A stretch of DNA of 64,000 nt from Propionibacterium sp. GTDB taxonomy: Bacteria; Actinomycetota; Actinomycetes; Propionibacteriales; Propionibacteriaceae. Made by a program: the position numbers and the translations under genes. The notes below the pieces were generated by a model, which had not been told where the DNA came from, did no database searches, and saw only the letters and a list, made by a program, of their open reading frames with translations. The stretch spans positions 1,431 through 65,430 of the forward strand of contig NZ_JBDNTB010000005.1 in assembly GCF_047719395.1 (NCBI RefSeq). The letters run 5' to 3'. The first letter of the stretch is position 1, and every line of letters begins with the position of its first letter. This document shows, one piece after another, positions 1 through 8,641 of this stretch.

Positions 1-151
1 GCACCAGCGCGGAGGCCAGGCCGTAGGCTGCGAAGTCGAACTGCTCGAGCATGGTGCCGATGCCGCCGGCCAGCGCATAGCGGCGCACCACTGCAGGATC
101 GGTTGTGGTGGGTACGGGCTGGATCTGGCCTGAGGAGGCAGATGTGGACAC
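1..151 (-). CDS. MFS transporter (metabolite:H+ symporter type), N-terminal fragment running off the left edge
   Basis: A GTG at 151 is preceded by AAAGGAA. The translation MSTSASSGQIQPVPTTTDPAVVRRYALAGGIGTMLEQFDFAAYGLASALV parallels the N-terminus of the complete MFS at 5262-6635 (VEWYDFFLYGTASALVF). It is absent from the ORF track because it has no stop in the window. Confidence 0.55.
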   Translation of the reverse strand, partial: MSTSASSGQIQPVPTTTDPAVVRRYALAGGIGTMLEQFDFAAYGLASALV

Positions 152-520
152 GTCATTCCTTTCTTGGAGAGGGAGTCGCTATGAACATTGACTGACCAGG
201 TCTGAGCACGATGCTTTGTGACCCATGGACTGGCACGTCAGAGCTGTGGTGTGGGACACAGGAGGCGGCGACGACTCCTGCGTCTTGCGGTGTGGCGATC
301 TTCGCCTCGGGCGCAGCACATCCGTGGGGATGACGTTTCGCTCGAAAGCGTCAGGCTAGCACTGTGCGGTGCGGGCATGGCCTTCAGCCCTGGACAAGCA
401 CAGGCCGTGAGTGACTTGACGGGCCAACGCCTGTGCACCCGTGTCTCTGGGGCCATGCGCACGACGCGGAGTGCAGCATCGTCGTCCTCCTCTCGGGTTC
501 TCGCAATCCTCCAGACATGC

Positions 521-568
521 GAACGGGCCCCGCAGCGCAATGCCCAAGGCATGCCGCGAGGCCCGTTC
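521..568 (-). terminator. Candidate operon-end hairpin
   Basis: Perfect 9-bp arms gaacgggcc / ggcccgttc with further internal pairing, 11 nt downstream of the flavin reductase stop (579). There is no U-tract. Confidence 0.35.
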
Positions 569-578
569 AGGTTTTCAG

Positions 579-1100
579 TCAGAATCTCCAGTGCATCTCG
601 TCGTGGCCGAAATCGTGGTAGCTGCCGAAATGCCCGGCGTTGAACACCAGTGGTTCACCGTTGCGATATCGCAGTTTTTCCACATGGCCGAAGAAGACCT
701 CGTGGTCTCCCAGCGACGCATGCTGCAGAACAGTGCAATCGGTTTGTACGAGGGCCCGCGCGATGAGTGGAATGCCCGATTCGGTGTGGTCGAACACCTC
801 GTTGGCGAACTTGTCCTCATCGTGCGAGGCGAACCGGCGCGCGACACTCTCCTGTTTCACCCCGAGGATCGACAGTCCGAATCTGCCCGAAGCCATGATC
901 GCATCGTGGGTGCGCGTCTGGTGGTGCAGCGAGATCATCAGGACCGCCGGATCCAGCGTGATCGAGGTCATCGAGTTGATCGTCATTCCCTCGGGGTGCT
1001 CACTGCCGGCGGCGGTGACCACGGCCACGCCAGTCACGAACCGCCCCATGGCATTGCGCATGTGCAATGCATCGGGCTCGACAAGTGCCAAGGTTTTCAT
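579..1100 (-). CDS. Flavin reductase (HpaC/NtaB-like FMN-binding split-barrel), reductase component of a two-component monooxygenase
   Basis: 173-aa ORF with the typical flavin-reductase core FVTGVAVVTA...GMTINSMTSITLDPAVLMISL. It lies in an operon with the HpaB-family oxygenase. Confidence 0.85.
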   Translation of the reverse strand: MKTLALVEPDALHMRNAMGRFVTGVAVVTAAGSEHPEGMTINSMTSITLDPAVLMISLHHQTRTHDAIMASGRFGLSILGVKQESVARRFASHDEDKFANEVFDHTESGIPLIARALVQTDCTVLQHASLGDHEVFFGHVEKLRYRNGEPLVFNAGHFGSYHDFGHDEMHWRF

Positions 1101-1106
1101 TTTCGC

Positions 1107-1460
1107 CTACTTCGGGTAGTAACGAACTTCGAACATTTTCGCGCCGGTCTTCGAGTACCAAGGACCATGTTCCATGCCCGGCGGACGGGTCGCGAATGAG
1201 CCGGCGAAGAACTGCTGGTGCAGCCGCTCGTCGACGAATTCGCCCTCGAAGATGAAGACTTCCTCCCAGAAATCATGGGTGAGCACACCATTCGGTGCCG
1301 TGGTCGTCCCTGGTTCGAATTTGAGGATACGTGTAATCGCGCCTGTTTCGTCATCACGCGAAAGGATCGCTTCACTCAGTCCGTCGATGGGCGGGTCACA
1401 TGGCTGGAATTCGAAGTCGGACCACTGGGTGAACTCGTGTTCTGTCTTCCCCATTGTCAT
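1107..1460 (-). CDS. Cupin domain protein
   Basis: Small beta-barrel-type ORF (HDFWEEVFIFEGEF...PPGMEHGPW). The ATG at 1460 shares its A with the upstream TGA (TGATG). The track start at 1463 is a TTG. Confidence 0.75.
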   Translation of the reverse strand: MTMGKTEHEFTQWSDFEFQPCDPPIDGLSEAILSRDDETGAITRILKFEPGTTTAPNGVLTHDFWEEVFIFEGEFVDERLHQQFFAGSFATRPPGMEHGPWYSKTGAKMFEVRYYPK

Positions 1461-2932
1461 CAACCTTCTTCCGAGATCGGTCCGTCGGGACCATAGCTGT
1501 TGAGGAAATCGTCCAGATCAGCGACCGCTGCTGGATAGTCGAAGTTCTGGTAGGCGTAGACGCCCTTGACGATGAAGGGAGCACCGGCATAGAACATCTC
1601 GTACTGCTGGTGGCGGCCGCCGAATTCAGAGCCGAGAATGTCCCAGGCGAGTTTGAACAGCTTGACGCGTTCCGTGCTGGGAGTCCCCGGCGATTGCACA
1701 TATCGGGCGACATCGTCCTTGGTGAAATCGCTCTCAAGATCCTTGACGCTCGAGGGCAGTTGCAGCACACCACCACCCACCAGGTCTCGAAGGATGTTGA
1801 TGACACGGGGGTAGACCTCTGACTGCAGGCCCATCGACGAGTACAGCGCCTTCGCCCCGGGAACGCAGGTGCCGGACTTGTCGATCTCCGCGGTGTACTC
1901 GGAGGCGAGTACTGCCGACTCGACCGAGGTGGCCAGCGCCGCCAGTTCTCCGAGCTTCTCGCGTACTCCCGGGATCCGGTTCGTCTGGTTGATCTGGGTG
2001 GCCTTGTGAGCGACCGCAGCGATGAACTTCAACTTCGTGGCGAGACGGATCTGTGCCTGCCAGTTGCCGAGCACATGCGCGGGGGTGTCGAAGAACTGCA
2101 GCTTGGTCTTCTCGACGTTCTGATTGATGAAGACCCGGTCCCAGGGGACGAGGACGTCATCGAAGACCACGAGGCAGTCGGATTCATCGAAGCGGGTGGT
2201 AAGCGGGTAGTCGAACGAACTGGTCGCGGCAGGCGCATACGGACGGCGCGAGTAGAGCTTGAGCCCCGTGGTCGCGATCGGCAGCGCGAAGCTGAGGGCC
2301 ACATCTGAATCGTCCGGGCTGAGCGGCTTGATGCAGGTGACGAGGATCTCGTCGGTGACAGGTGATGCAGTGGCCAGCATCTGCGAGCCCCGGACGATCA
2401 GGCCTTCCTCGGTTTCCTTCACAACGCCGACCTGGAGGAACTCGCCCTCCCAGCCTGAGGCGGTCGTCGCGCGAGAGATCTGCGGCGGAACGATCGCGTA
2501 GGTGATGTACCAGTCGTTGGCTGCTGCCTCAGCCTGATACGTGAGGACATTGGCCGCGTAGTCGTGCCCGTCCTCCTGCCCGTACAGATCCGATCTCGCA
2601 GCGAACCCGGCCAGGAAGCTCGAGACGTGGTCAGGGGTTCGACCCAGCCAACCGTGCGAATACTCCGCCCACTTCTCAATGACTTTCCTGCGCTCGGTGA
2701 GTTCTTCCCGAGACTTCGGGGCATAGAAGAGACGGTTCACATTTTTGCCGATTTCTTCGTTGTAGACCTGGAATCCGTTGTCGGGATCTGCTGAAATGTC
2801 GAACAGCGCGGCCACTGATCTTGTGAGGCCCTTGAAGGCAGGGTGCTCACGCACATTCTCAACGGGCTCACCGTCGATGATGACGGTTCTGCCGTCATCG
2901 AGAGAGTCGAGATATTCTTTCCCGCTTCGCAT
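1460..2932 (-). CDS. 4-hydroxyphenylacetate 3-monooxygenase (HpaB) family, FADH2/FMNH2-dependent oxygenase component
   Basis: 490 aa with end-to-end resemblance to HpaB-family proteins: MRSGKEYLDSL..., CLVVFDDVLVPWDRVF, LFKLAWDILGSEFGGRHQQYEMFYAG. Confidence 0.9.
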   Translation of the reverse strand: MRSGKEYLDSLDDGRTVIIDGEPVENVREHPAFKGLTRSVAALFDISADPDNGFQVYNEEIGKNVNRLFYAPKSREELTERRKVIEKWAEYSHGWLGRTPDHVSSFLAGFAARSDLYGQEDGHDYAANVLTYQAEAAANDWYITYAIVPPQISRATTASGWEGEFLQVGVVKETEEGLIVRGSQMLATASPVTDEILVTCIKPLSPDDSDVALSFALPIATTGLKLYSRRPYAPAATSSFDYPLTTRFDESDCLVVFDDVLVPWDRVFINQNVEKTKLQFFDTPAHVLGNWQAQIRLATKLKFIAAVAHKATQINQTNRIPGVREKLGELAALATSVESAVLASEYTAEIDKSGTCVPGAKALYSSMGLQSEVYPRVINILRDLVGGGVLQLPSSVKDLESDFTKDDVARYVQSPGTPSTERVKLFKLAWDILGSEFGGRHQQYEMFYAGAPFIVKGVYAYQNFDYPAAVADLDDFLNSYGPDGPISEEG

Positions 2933-2950
2933 TTTGTGTGCCCTTCTTTT

Positions 2951-3652
2951 CTACTTCATCGAGTAACTGTGGGAAATCGAGCGCCCGTCCTCGAATTCGA
3001 GGCTGAGCTTCCAGCGGGTCCCGCGTTGGAATTTTCCGTTGAGCAAGGGGACGGTGCCCCCCAGACAAATGAGCGTGTGGACGGTGGGGAATTTCTCGCG
3101 CAGTGGTCCGAGCGCGTCGGCAGGCGAGAGGATTTCGTTCAGGGTTCCCGATTGGTACAGCACGTCGTCCACCCAGCAGCGCACCTGGCAGGAATCCAGC
3201 GAGACCTGGTTGACATCTCCCATTGAGACCAGATCGGTGCCCACCGGCTTGGGGCAGGTGAGCTTCGATTCGGCGATGTCGACGGTCTCCAGTTCGCGGT
3301 CGGTGTGATCCGACCCGACGCCCACGTAGAACTCATCGCCGATGAGCACGTACAGCGGCTCAACCTCGCCGGAGGTCACATGGCTGGTCTTCGATTCGAA
3401 GGCATCTGCTGTGCTGAACAGCGACGGGGCCATCCGGTAGTACATCGGCACTTCGGGCGGCGGGGCGACCCCGATCTTCTGCAGCTCGGAAATGTGTGCC
3501 TGGACGGCTTCCGGGTCGCGACCGGTGTAGCCGGCGACGAATGCATTTTCGATGGGAACCGCGATGTCGTCCCCGGTGTTGATCACGTGGAACGAGAGTG
3601 CGCCGGTTCCTTGAGGGGTACTCTTCCGCTCGGCTCGTGGAATGGTGCTCAC
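2951..3652 (-). CDS. Hypothetical protein (possibly DUF2848 / FAH-fold-like; the name is tentative)
   Basis: 233-aa ORF with a GTG start, 1 nt after the upstream stop, inside the operon. I could read no diagnostic motif. The family name comes only from a remembered resemblance. Confidence 0.6.
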   Translation of the reverse strand: MSTIPRAERKSTPQGTGALSFHVINTGDDIAVPIENAFVAGYTGRDPEAVQAHISELQKIGVAPPPEVPMYYRMAPSLFSTADAFESKTSHVTSGEVEPLYVLIGDEFYVGVGSDHTDRELETVDIAESKLTCPKPVGTDLVSMGDVNQVSLDSCQVRCWVDDVLYQSGTLNEILSPADALGPLREKFPTVHTLICLGGTVPLLNGKFQRGTRWKLSLEFEDGRSISHSYSMK

Positions 3653-3653
3653 G

Positions 3654-5186
3654 TCAGTCTTCTTTCAAATTGTCGTAGTTGGTGAGCCGGTCGTTCAGAA
3701 CCGGGAAGGCATTGCGGCGGTCGTCGATGAGTTGAAGATCGATCGAGGCGTAGAGCGGTTCCTCCCCGCTGCCGGCGGTAGCGACGATCTCGCCGTTGGG
3801 GCCGATGATCCGGCTGTTCCCCCCGAGCTCCTCACCTCGCTGCACACCGGAGGCATTGCAGGCGACGAGGATGAGTTCACTTTCCGCTGCGCGGACCTGG
3901 GAGAACATGTTCCAGTGGTCGAGTCTTGCCTTGGGCCACGCCGCGGGAACGATGACGAGTTCGGCGCCGCGTTTTCCGATCTGGTCCCAGAGTCCGGGGA
4001 AGCGCAGGTCGAAGCACGTGGTGCTGGTGAACCGGGCGAAGGGGAGTTGGGCGATGGTGAGTTCATCGCCAGGCGTCAGGACTTCGGTCTCTTCCGAACC
4101 ATTGCCGAAGAGATGAATCTTGCTGTAGCGGTGGGCGATGCTGCCGGCGCGGTCGAGAAGCACTGATGTGTTCCGAATCAGTCCTTCGGCAGTGCGCTCG
4201 ACGAAACTTCCCATGTGCACATAGCAGCCGTGTGACCGGGCGAATGCTGCGCACATCGCCACGGTCGGCCCGCTGAGCGGCTCGGCGTCCTCCTGGTAGT
4301 GGTCGAAGTGGAAGTATCCTGTGTTCCAGAGCTCGGGGAGCACCACCAGGTCAACGTCATTGAGGGCGTCGAGCATGCCTGAGACGCGTGTGATGCGTTC
4401 GGCCTTCGTCTCGGTGTCTGGGCTCGCGACTTGGACGAGCGCCGTGCGAAGCGTGGTGCGTTCCACCCCCACGGCCGGCGCGGGGAGCGGTGTGGTGGCA
4501 AGACGCCTGCTCCCCGCACCGGTCAGCAGAGGTTCCTCGACCTGCGTCTTCTGGAGGAACGCTCGATTCGTCGATTCGAGGTGCCGCCGGGTCGCCAGCG
4601 CGGCGCCATCGGCATCCCCCGCGAGGATGCACCGCATGATCGTCTTGTGTTCTTCCACCACCTGCTCGGCGCGCGAGACCGAATGGCTCAGCGCGTTGAT
4701 CCCCAGACGCAGCTGCTGGTCCCTCTGTGAGCAGTACACGCGCTCGAGAGTCGGATTGTTCGCGGAATGCACGATCAGTTTGTGGAATTCGAGATCGAAT
4801 TTCATGAAGGCGATGGGATCGGCCGACACCTCTTTCTGCTGCTTCGTCAATGCGGTGAGCGCATTGCTCCCGGTTCCGGAGAGTGCACACTTCCGGACAG
4901 CCCATTCCTCGATGACGAGTCTGGTCTCCATCATCGTGCGGACATCGGCGATCGAGAGAGCCGGTACTTGTGCTCCCCGATTCGGCACTCTTCGGATGAT
5001 GCCGATCGCGTCGAGACGCAGGAGGGCCTCGCGAGCCGCAGTCCGGGACGTTCCTGATTCCTCTGCCACTTGATTTTCACTGAGGTTGGCCTCCTCGTTC
5101 CACGGCAGTTTGGAGACGAAATTACGAAGCCATTCATAGGCAATGTCTGTGGCTGTCGAGGGGATGACCGTTGGGAGAGAACTCAT
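3654..5186 (-). CDS. Fusion protein: GntR/FadR-type transcriptional regulator (wHTH + FCD-like) joined to a carbon-nitrogen hydrolase (nitrilase superfamily, omega-amidase/Nit-like) domain
   Basis: wHTH SENQVAEESGTSRTAAREALLRLDAIGIIRRVPNRGAQV. A helical effector region runs to about aa 235, followed by a P/A/T linker. The CN-hydrolase triad contexts are LVVLPELW, YSKIHLF and TTCFDLRFP. Start taken at ATG 5186 (MSSLPTV); the ORF is open to 5249. Confidence 0.85.
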   Translation of the reverse strand: MSSLPTVIPSTATDIAYEWLRNFVSKLPWNEEANLSENQVAEESGTSRTAAREALLRLDAIGIIRRVPNRGAQVPALSIADVRTMMETRLVIEEWAVRKCALSGTGSNALTALTKQQKEVSADPIAFMKFDLEFHKLIVHSANNPTLERVYCSQRDQQLRLGINALSHSVSRAEQVVEEHKTIMRCILAGDADGAALATRRHLESTNRAFLQKTQVEEPLLTGAGSRRLATTPLPAPAVGVERTTLRTALVQVASPDTETKAERITRVSGMLDALNDVDLVVLPELWNTGYFHFDHYQEDAEPLSGPTVAMCAAFARSHGCYVHMGSFVERTAEGLIRNTSVLLDRAGSIAHRYSKIHLFGNGSEETEVLTPGDELTIAQLPFARFTSTTCFDLRFPGLWDQIGKRGAELVIVPAAWPKARLDHWNMFSQVRAAESELILVACNASGVQRGEELGGNSRIIGPNGEIVATAGSGEEPLYASIDLQLIDDRRNAFPVLNDRLTNYDNLKED

Positions 5187-5261
5187 GGGATGACCCTTCT
5201 GTCTACAGGTGTGTGCAGCATCTGAACCGAGTGTGGGGCGAGTGTCCAAGTCGGTTCTGGG

Positions 5262-6635
5262 TCAGGCGGCTTCGGCCTCAACCGGGGTCAACTCGTGGGT
5301 CGACTCCTCGAGCTTCAGATCGACCTGCTTGAGCGTGAGCCCCTTCGTCTCGGGTGCGCACGAGATCGCCACAATCGAGATGAGGGCCATGAATCCCAGG
5401 TAGACCGCAATGGCATAGCCGGTGCCGAACGACCGATACAGGGCGAGGGCGATGATTGGCGACAGGGATCCTGCGATGAGGGAAGCGATGTTGTAGGCAA
5501 CCGACGTGCCGCTGTAACGCACCGGAGTGGGAAACAGCTCAGAGAAGAATGCCCCGATGGATGAACTGTAAACACCGAAGATGAACAATCCACCGACCGC
5601 AGCGGCGATCACCGCCGGGATTGTCTGCATGTTCAGCAGGAAGAAGAAGACGAACCCGTAGAAGACGGTCGCGATCGAAGCGGCGATCAGGATCGGCTTG
5701 CGGCCGACACGATCTGCGAGCAGGGCGAACAGCGGAATGGTGACAATGGCGACCGCTTGTCCGATCATCACCGCGTTGAGCACCGAGCCTCGACCCATAT
5801 GGTGAATCTGTGTCATGTACGTGATGATGAAGAGCGAGTAGAGATAGAAACCGGCGTTCTCACCCATCCGCATGCCGATAGCGATGAGAATGTGGCGCCA
5901 GTAGTCGCGGAACAACGGGATCAGCGGAACCTTGTTGATCTTTGACTGTTCCTGTGCGGAGTGTGTCTCAAGGTCTTTGAACAGTGGTGTCTCCTCGACG
6001 TAAAGCCGCAGCAGGAGCCCGATGATGACGAGCACGCTCGAGAGCGCGAAAGCTATCCGCCATCCCCACGCCATGAATGCGGATCCCGGCATTGCCACCG
6101 CAAGGACGGCAAGCACACCGGCGGAGATGAGGTTGCCGAGTGGCGGACCGACGTTTGGCCAGGATGCCCAGAAGGCACGCTTCGAGCTCTTTCCTTCGCT
6201 GTGTTCGGCGACCAGGAGGACTGCGCCGCTCCACTCCCCACCCAGGGCGAACCCCTGAATGAGCCGGAGGAGGAGCAGGATCAGGGGAGCGAAGATGCCG
6301 ATCATCGCGTAGGTCGGGATGAAGGCGATGAGCAGGGTTGCTCCGCCCATGAGCACCAGACTGGTGATCAGCGTCGCGCGGCGGCCGTGCTTGTCACCCA
6401 TGTGACCGAAGAAGATGGCGCCGAGCGGACGCGACAAGAAGCCGGCGGCGAATGTGCCAAGCGCCAGCATCGTGCCGACCAATGGGTCGCTGGTCGGGAA
6501 GAACAGGTGGTTGAAAACCAGAGCCGATGCAGTTCCGTAGAGGAAGAAGTCATACCATTCCACGGCCGTACCAGCGACGCTTGACGCGGCTACCAAACCC
6601 ATACTGGACGATCGCGTATGTGTTGTCGATGTCAT
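5262..6635 (-). CDS. MFS transporter, metabolite:H+ symporter (MHS) type
   Basis: 457 aa and about 12 hydrophobic segments, with the MFS loop motif GHMGDKHGRR. First gene of the operon. Confidence 0.9.
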   Translation of the reverse strand: MTSTTHTRSSSMGLVAASSVAGTAVEWYDFFLYGTASALVFNHLFFPTSDPLVGTMLALGTFAAGFLSRPLGAIFFGHMGDKHGRRATLITSLVLMGGATLLIAFIPTYAMIGIFAPLILLLLRLIQGFALGGEWSGAVLLVAEHSEGKSSKRAFWASWPNVGPPLGNLISAGVLAVLAVAMPGSAFMAWGWRIAFALSSVLVIIGLLLRLYVEETPLFKDLETHSAQEQSKINKVPLIPLFRDYWRHILIAIGMRMGENAGFYLYSLFIITYMTQIHHMGRGSVLNAVMIGQAVAIVTIPLFALLADRVGRKPILIAASIATVFYGFVFFFLLNMQTIPAVIAAAVGGLFIFGVYSSSIGAFFSELFPTPVRYSGTSVAYNIASLIAGSLSPIIALALYRSFGTGYAIAVYLGFMALISIVAISCAPETKGLTLKQVDLKLEESTHELTPVEAEAA

Positions 6636-6753
6636 GAGGATCCTTTGCTTGCGAATTCGGCCGGGGGCCTACCCTCGGCCGGTTCGAGGTTCTGAGATCA
6701 GATGCCAACTCGGGTCTCGGTTACGCAGCCTCTTGATGGAGAATGTAGACACA

Positions 6754-6783
6754 CTGTCGACAATCATCCAGGGCTGTCGACAG
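6754..6783. promoter_or_regulatory. Two adjacent TGTCGACA-core palindromes, candidate GntR operators
   Basis: ctgtcgacaat (6754-6764) and the perfect 10-bp palindrome ctgtcgacag (6774-6783). Their centres are 20 bp apart, 120-150 bp upstream of the MFS start codon. Confidence 0.5.
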
Positions 6784-6991
6784 TTGTTCACGAGTCTGTA
6801 ACGGATGAAACAGGCCCACAATCGGGCTGTAATGCTGCGGTTACAAGCGGCTAGAAACGGCTATGGCAAGCGAGTATGCGAGTCTTCATCATGAAATCTG
6901 TTGGCTTGGAGGCGTCGGTGGTGGAGTTGAGCCCAGAAGTCATCAGCATCCCTACCGGAGAGGCGGGCTCGGGTGTACGGCCAAGAGAGCT

Positions 6992-7009
6992 GAGATTGTC
7001 GACAATCTC
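6992..7009. promoter_or_regulatory. Perfect 18-bp palindrome gagattgtcgacaatctc with the same core as 6754-6783
   Basis: The sequence is exactly self-complementary. It shares the TTGTCGACAA core with the sites at 6754-6783 and lies in the same intergenic region. Confidence 0.45.
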
Positions 7010-7118
7010 TTCAGATCATGAAGTCATGTTCGAAGTGCAGCGATTGGCTGGGAAGGCTCCTCGAGAGCTCAATTCCACATCCACCAGGCTCAGACGGCGA
7101 TGGTGCGCACCCCAAAGG

Positions 7119-8375
7119 TCAGGAGCTCGTCCCACTCACCTGATGTGCCACGGGCTGCCAGGCCTCGTCCCGCTTGCCCAGCAGCGTCGCGGCCGACGGG
7201 AACACCAGCATGCTGAGTGCACCGCCTGCCACCAGGCATGACGCCAGTGGTCTGGCCATCAGCCCCTGGTTGACGGCAACTTCGGTGACTGCGACGATGA
7301 TCGGCAGACCAGCCGAGGCGTAGAGGGCCAGCTGAACTTGCTGTACCGGCCGGGTGAGTCCGGAGCCAGTGGTGGTGAAACGCTCTGCCAACCACACCGG
7401 TATTCCTCGAGTGAGGAGCACGGCTCCCAGCGTGCCCACCGTGATCCAGATGTGTGCACCCACCTCCGCCAGGTCGATGGACATTCCGCTGATCACGAAG
7501 AACACCGGCACGAAGAAGCTGTTGGCAAGCACTCCGATGCGGGTGTCCAGAGGCTTGGTGTCCTTGCCTGCGACCAGGCGGAGGCACAATCCGGCCATGA
7601 ATGCGCCCAGCGCCACGTCGATGTGGAAGAGCGCTGCCAGAGCCATCAGCCCCACCAGCAGCAGCATGATCAGGCGCAGAATCATCGCGTTGAGCTTTTC
7701 CCGGCCGGTCTTGTCGAACCACTCTTGCAGGCGCTCCACCTCGGCCCTTGGCAGGGCGGCGATGCGCCTGGCCCTGGACATTTGGTGTTTGCGCGTGGAC
7801 CAGGCCAGGAAGACGGTCAGCAGCGCGAAGCCGATGAGAACCAACGCCCCGATCCAGGGGCCGTTCCCCGACAGCAGCAGGGCCATCGCCACCACCGGGC
7901 CGAGCTCGCCGACCGTGCCGTGGGCCAGGACTGCGCGTCCCAGCTTCGAGTCGAGCAGACCGGAATCTCGCAGGATCGGCACCAGCGCGCCCAGGGCTGT
8001 GGAGCTGAACGCGATCCCGTGTGCCGTCGCGCTGAGCCACGACCCAGGATGCAGCACGAGCAGCGCGAGGGCCACACCAACCGCGAGGCTCACCAACCAG
8101 GTGAGCGAGGCGCGGTGCAGCTGGCGTTTCTGCAACTCTGCCGGGTCGATCTCGAACCCGGCAGCGAGGAACAACAGGCCGAGGCCCAGCTGCCTGATCA
8201 TCGGCAGGCCGTCCGGACTGGCCAGGCCCAGCACAGAGGGCCCGATGGCCACGCCCAGACCGAGCAGGCACACCACCTCAGGCAGCAGTGTCCGAGTGTT
8301 CCGGGCGATCAGTGGAGCGATCACCGCTGCCAGCACCACCCAGAACAGCGACAGGTCGGCCCCGTTTGTCACCAT
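7119..8375 (-). CDS. Cation:proton antiporter (CPA/Kef-type Na+/H+ exchanger family membrane domain)
   Basis: Polytopic membrane ORF. Start set at ATG 8375 (MVTNGADLSLFWVVLAAVIAPLIA), because the upstream 55 codons of the track ORF are non-membrane and low-complexity. Confidence 0.8.
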   Translation of the reverse strand: MVTNGADLSLFWVVLAAVIAPLIARNTRTLLPEVVCLLGLGVAIGPSVLGLASPDGLPMIRQLGLGLLFLAAGFEIDPAELQKRQLHRASLTWLVSLAVGVALALLVLHPGSWLSATAHGIAFSSTALGALVPILRDSGLLDSKLGRAVLAHGTVGELGPVVAMALLLSGNGPWIGALVLIGFALLTVFLAWSTRKHQMSRARRIAALPRAEVERLQEWFDKTGREKLNAMILRLIMLLLVGLMALAALFHIDVALGAFMAGLCLRLVAGKDTKPLDTRIGVLANSFFVPVFFVISGMSIDLAEVGAHIWITVGTLGAVLLTRGIPVWLAERFTTTGSGLTRPVQQVQLALYASAGLPIIVAVTEVAVNQGLMARPLASCLVAGGALSMLVFPSAATLLGKRDEAWQPVAHQVSGTSS

Positions 8376-8641
8376 GGGCAGGGGCTGGAGCACCCGATGA
8401 TTATGGCACGGAGTGAGTGAGGGATCGGTCAGGGAGCGATTTCCTGTGGTGGGGTCGAGGCCGTGATGGGGTCGAGGCCGTGGTGGGTGTGCCCCCTGCG
8501 TCGTCTGGTCCAGCAGCATCGGCATGCGGATGGACTTCACGCCCGACTCGCGAAACGCCGAAACGCAGCTACGATGAGAAACAGAACGGACATTCTGCTT
8601 TGTCCCGTTTCAACCCTCGATCCCTGGAGGTGGTCGCTGCG

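Noticed and set aside
6660-6700. tRNA-like ggttcgagg string and cggccg...cggccg hairpin in the MFS leader
   Set aside because: No acceptor, anticodon or T-arm architecture can be drawn. It is probably just 5'-UTR structure.
6876-7241. 121-aa plus-strand ORF in the MFS/antiporter intergenic region
   Set aside because: It has no SD, runs into the 3' end of the antiporter gene on the opposite strand, and has no recognisable motifs. The region is better explained as a regulatory region carrying the palindromes.
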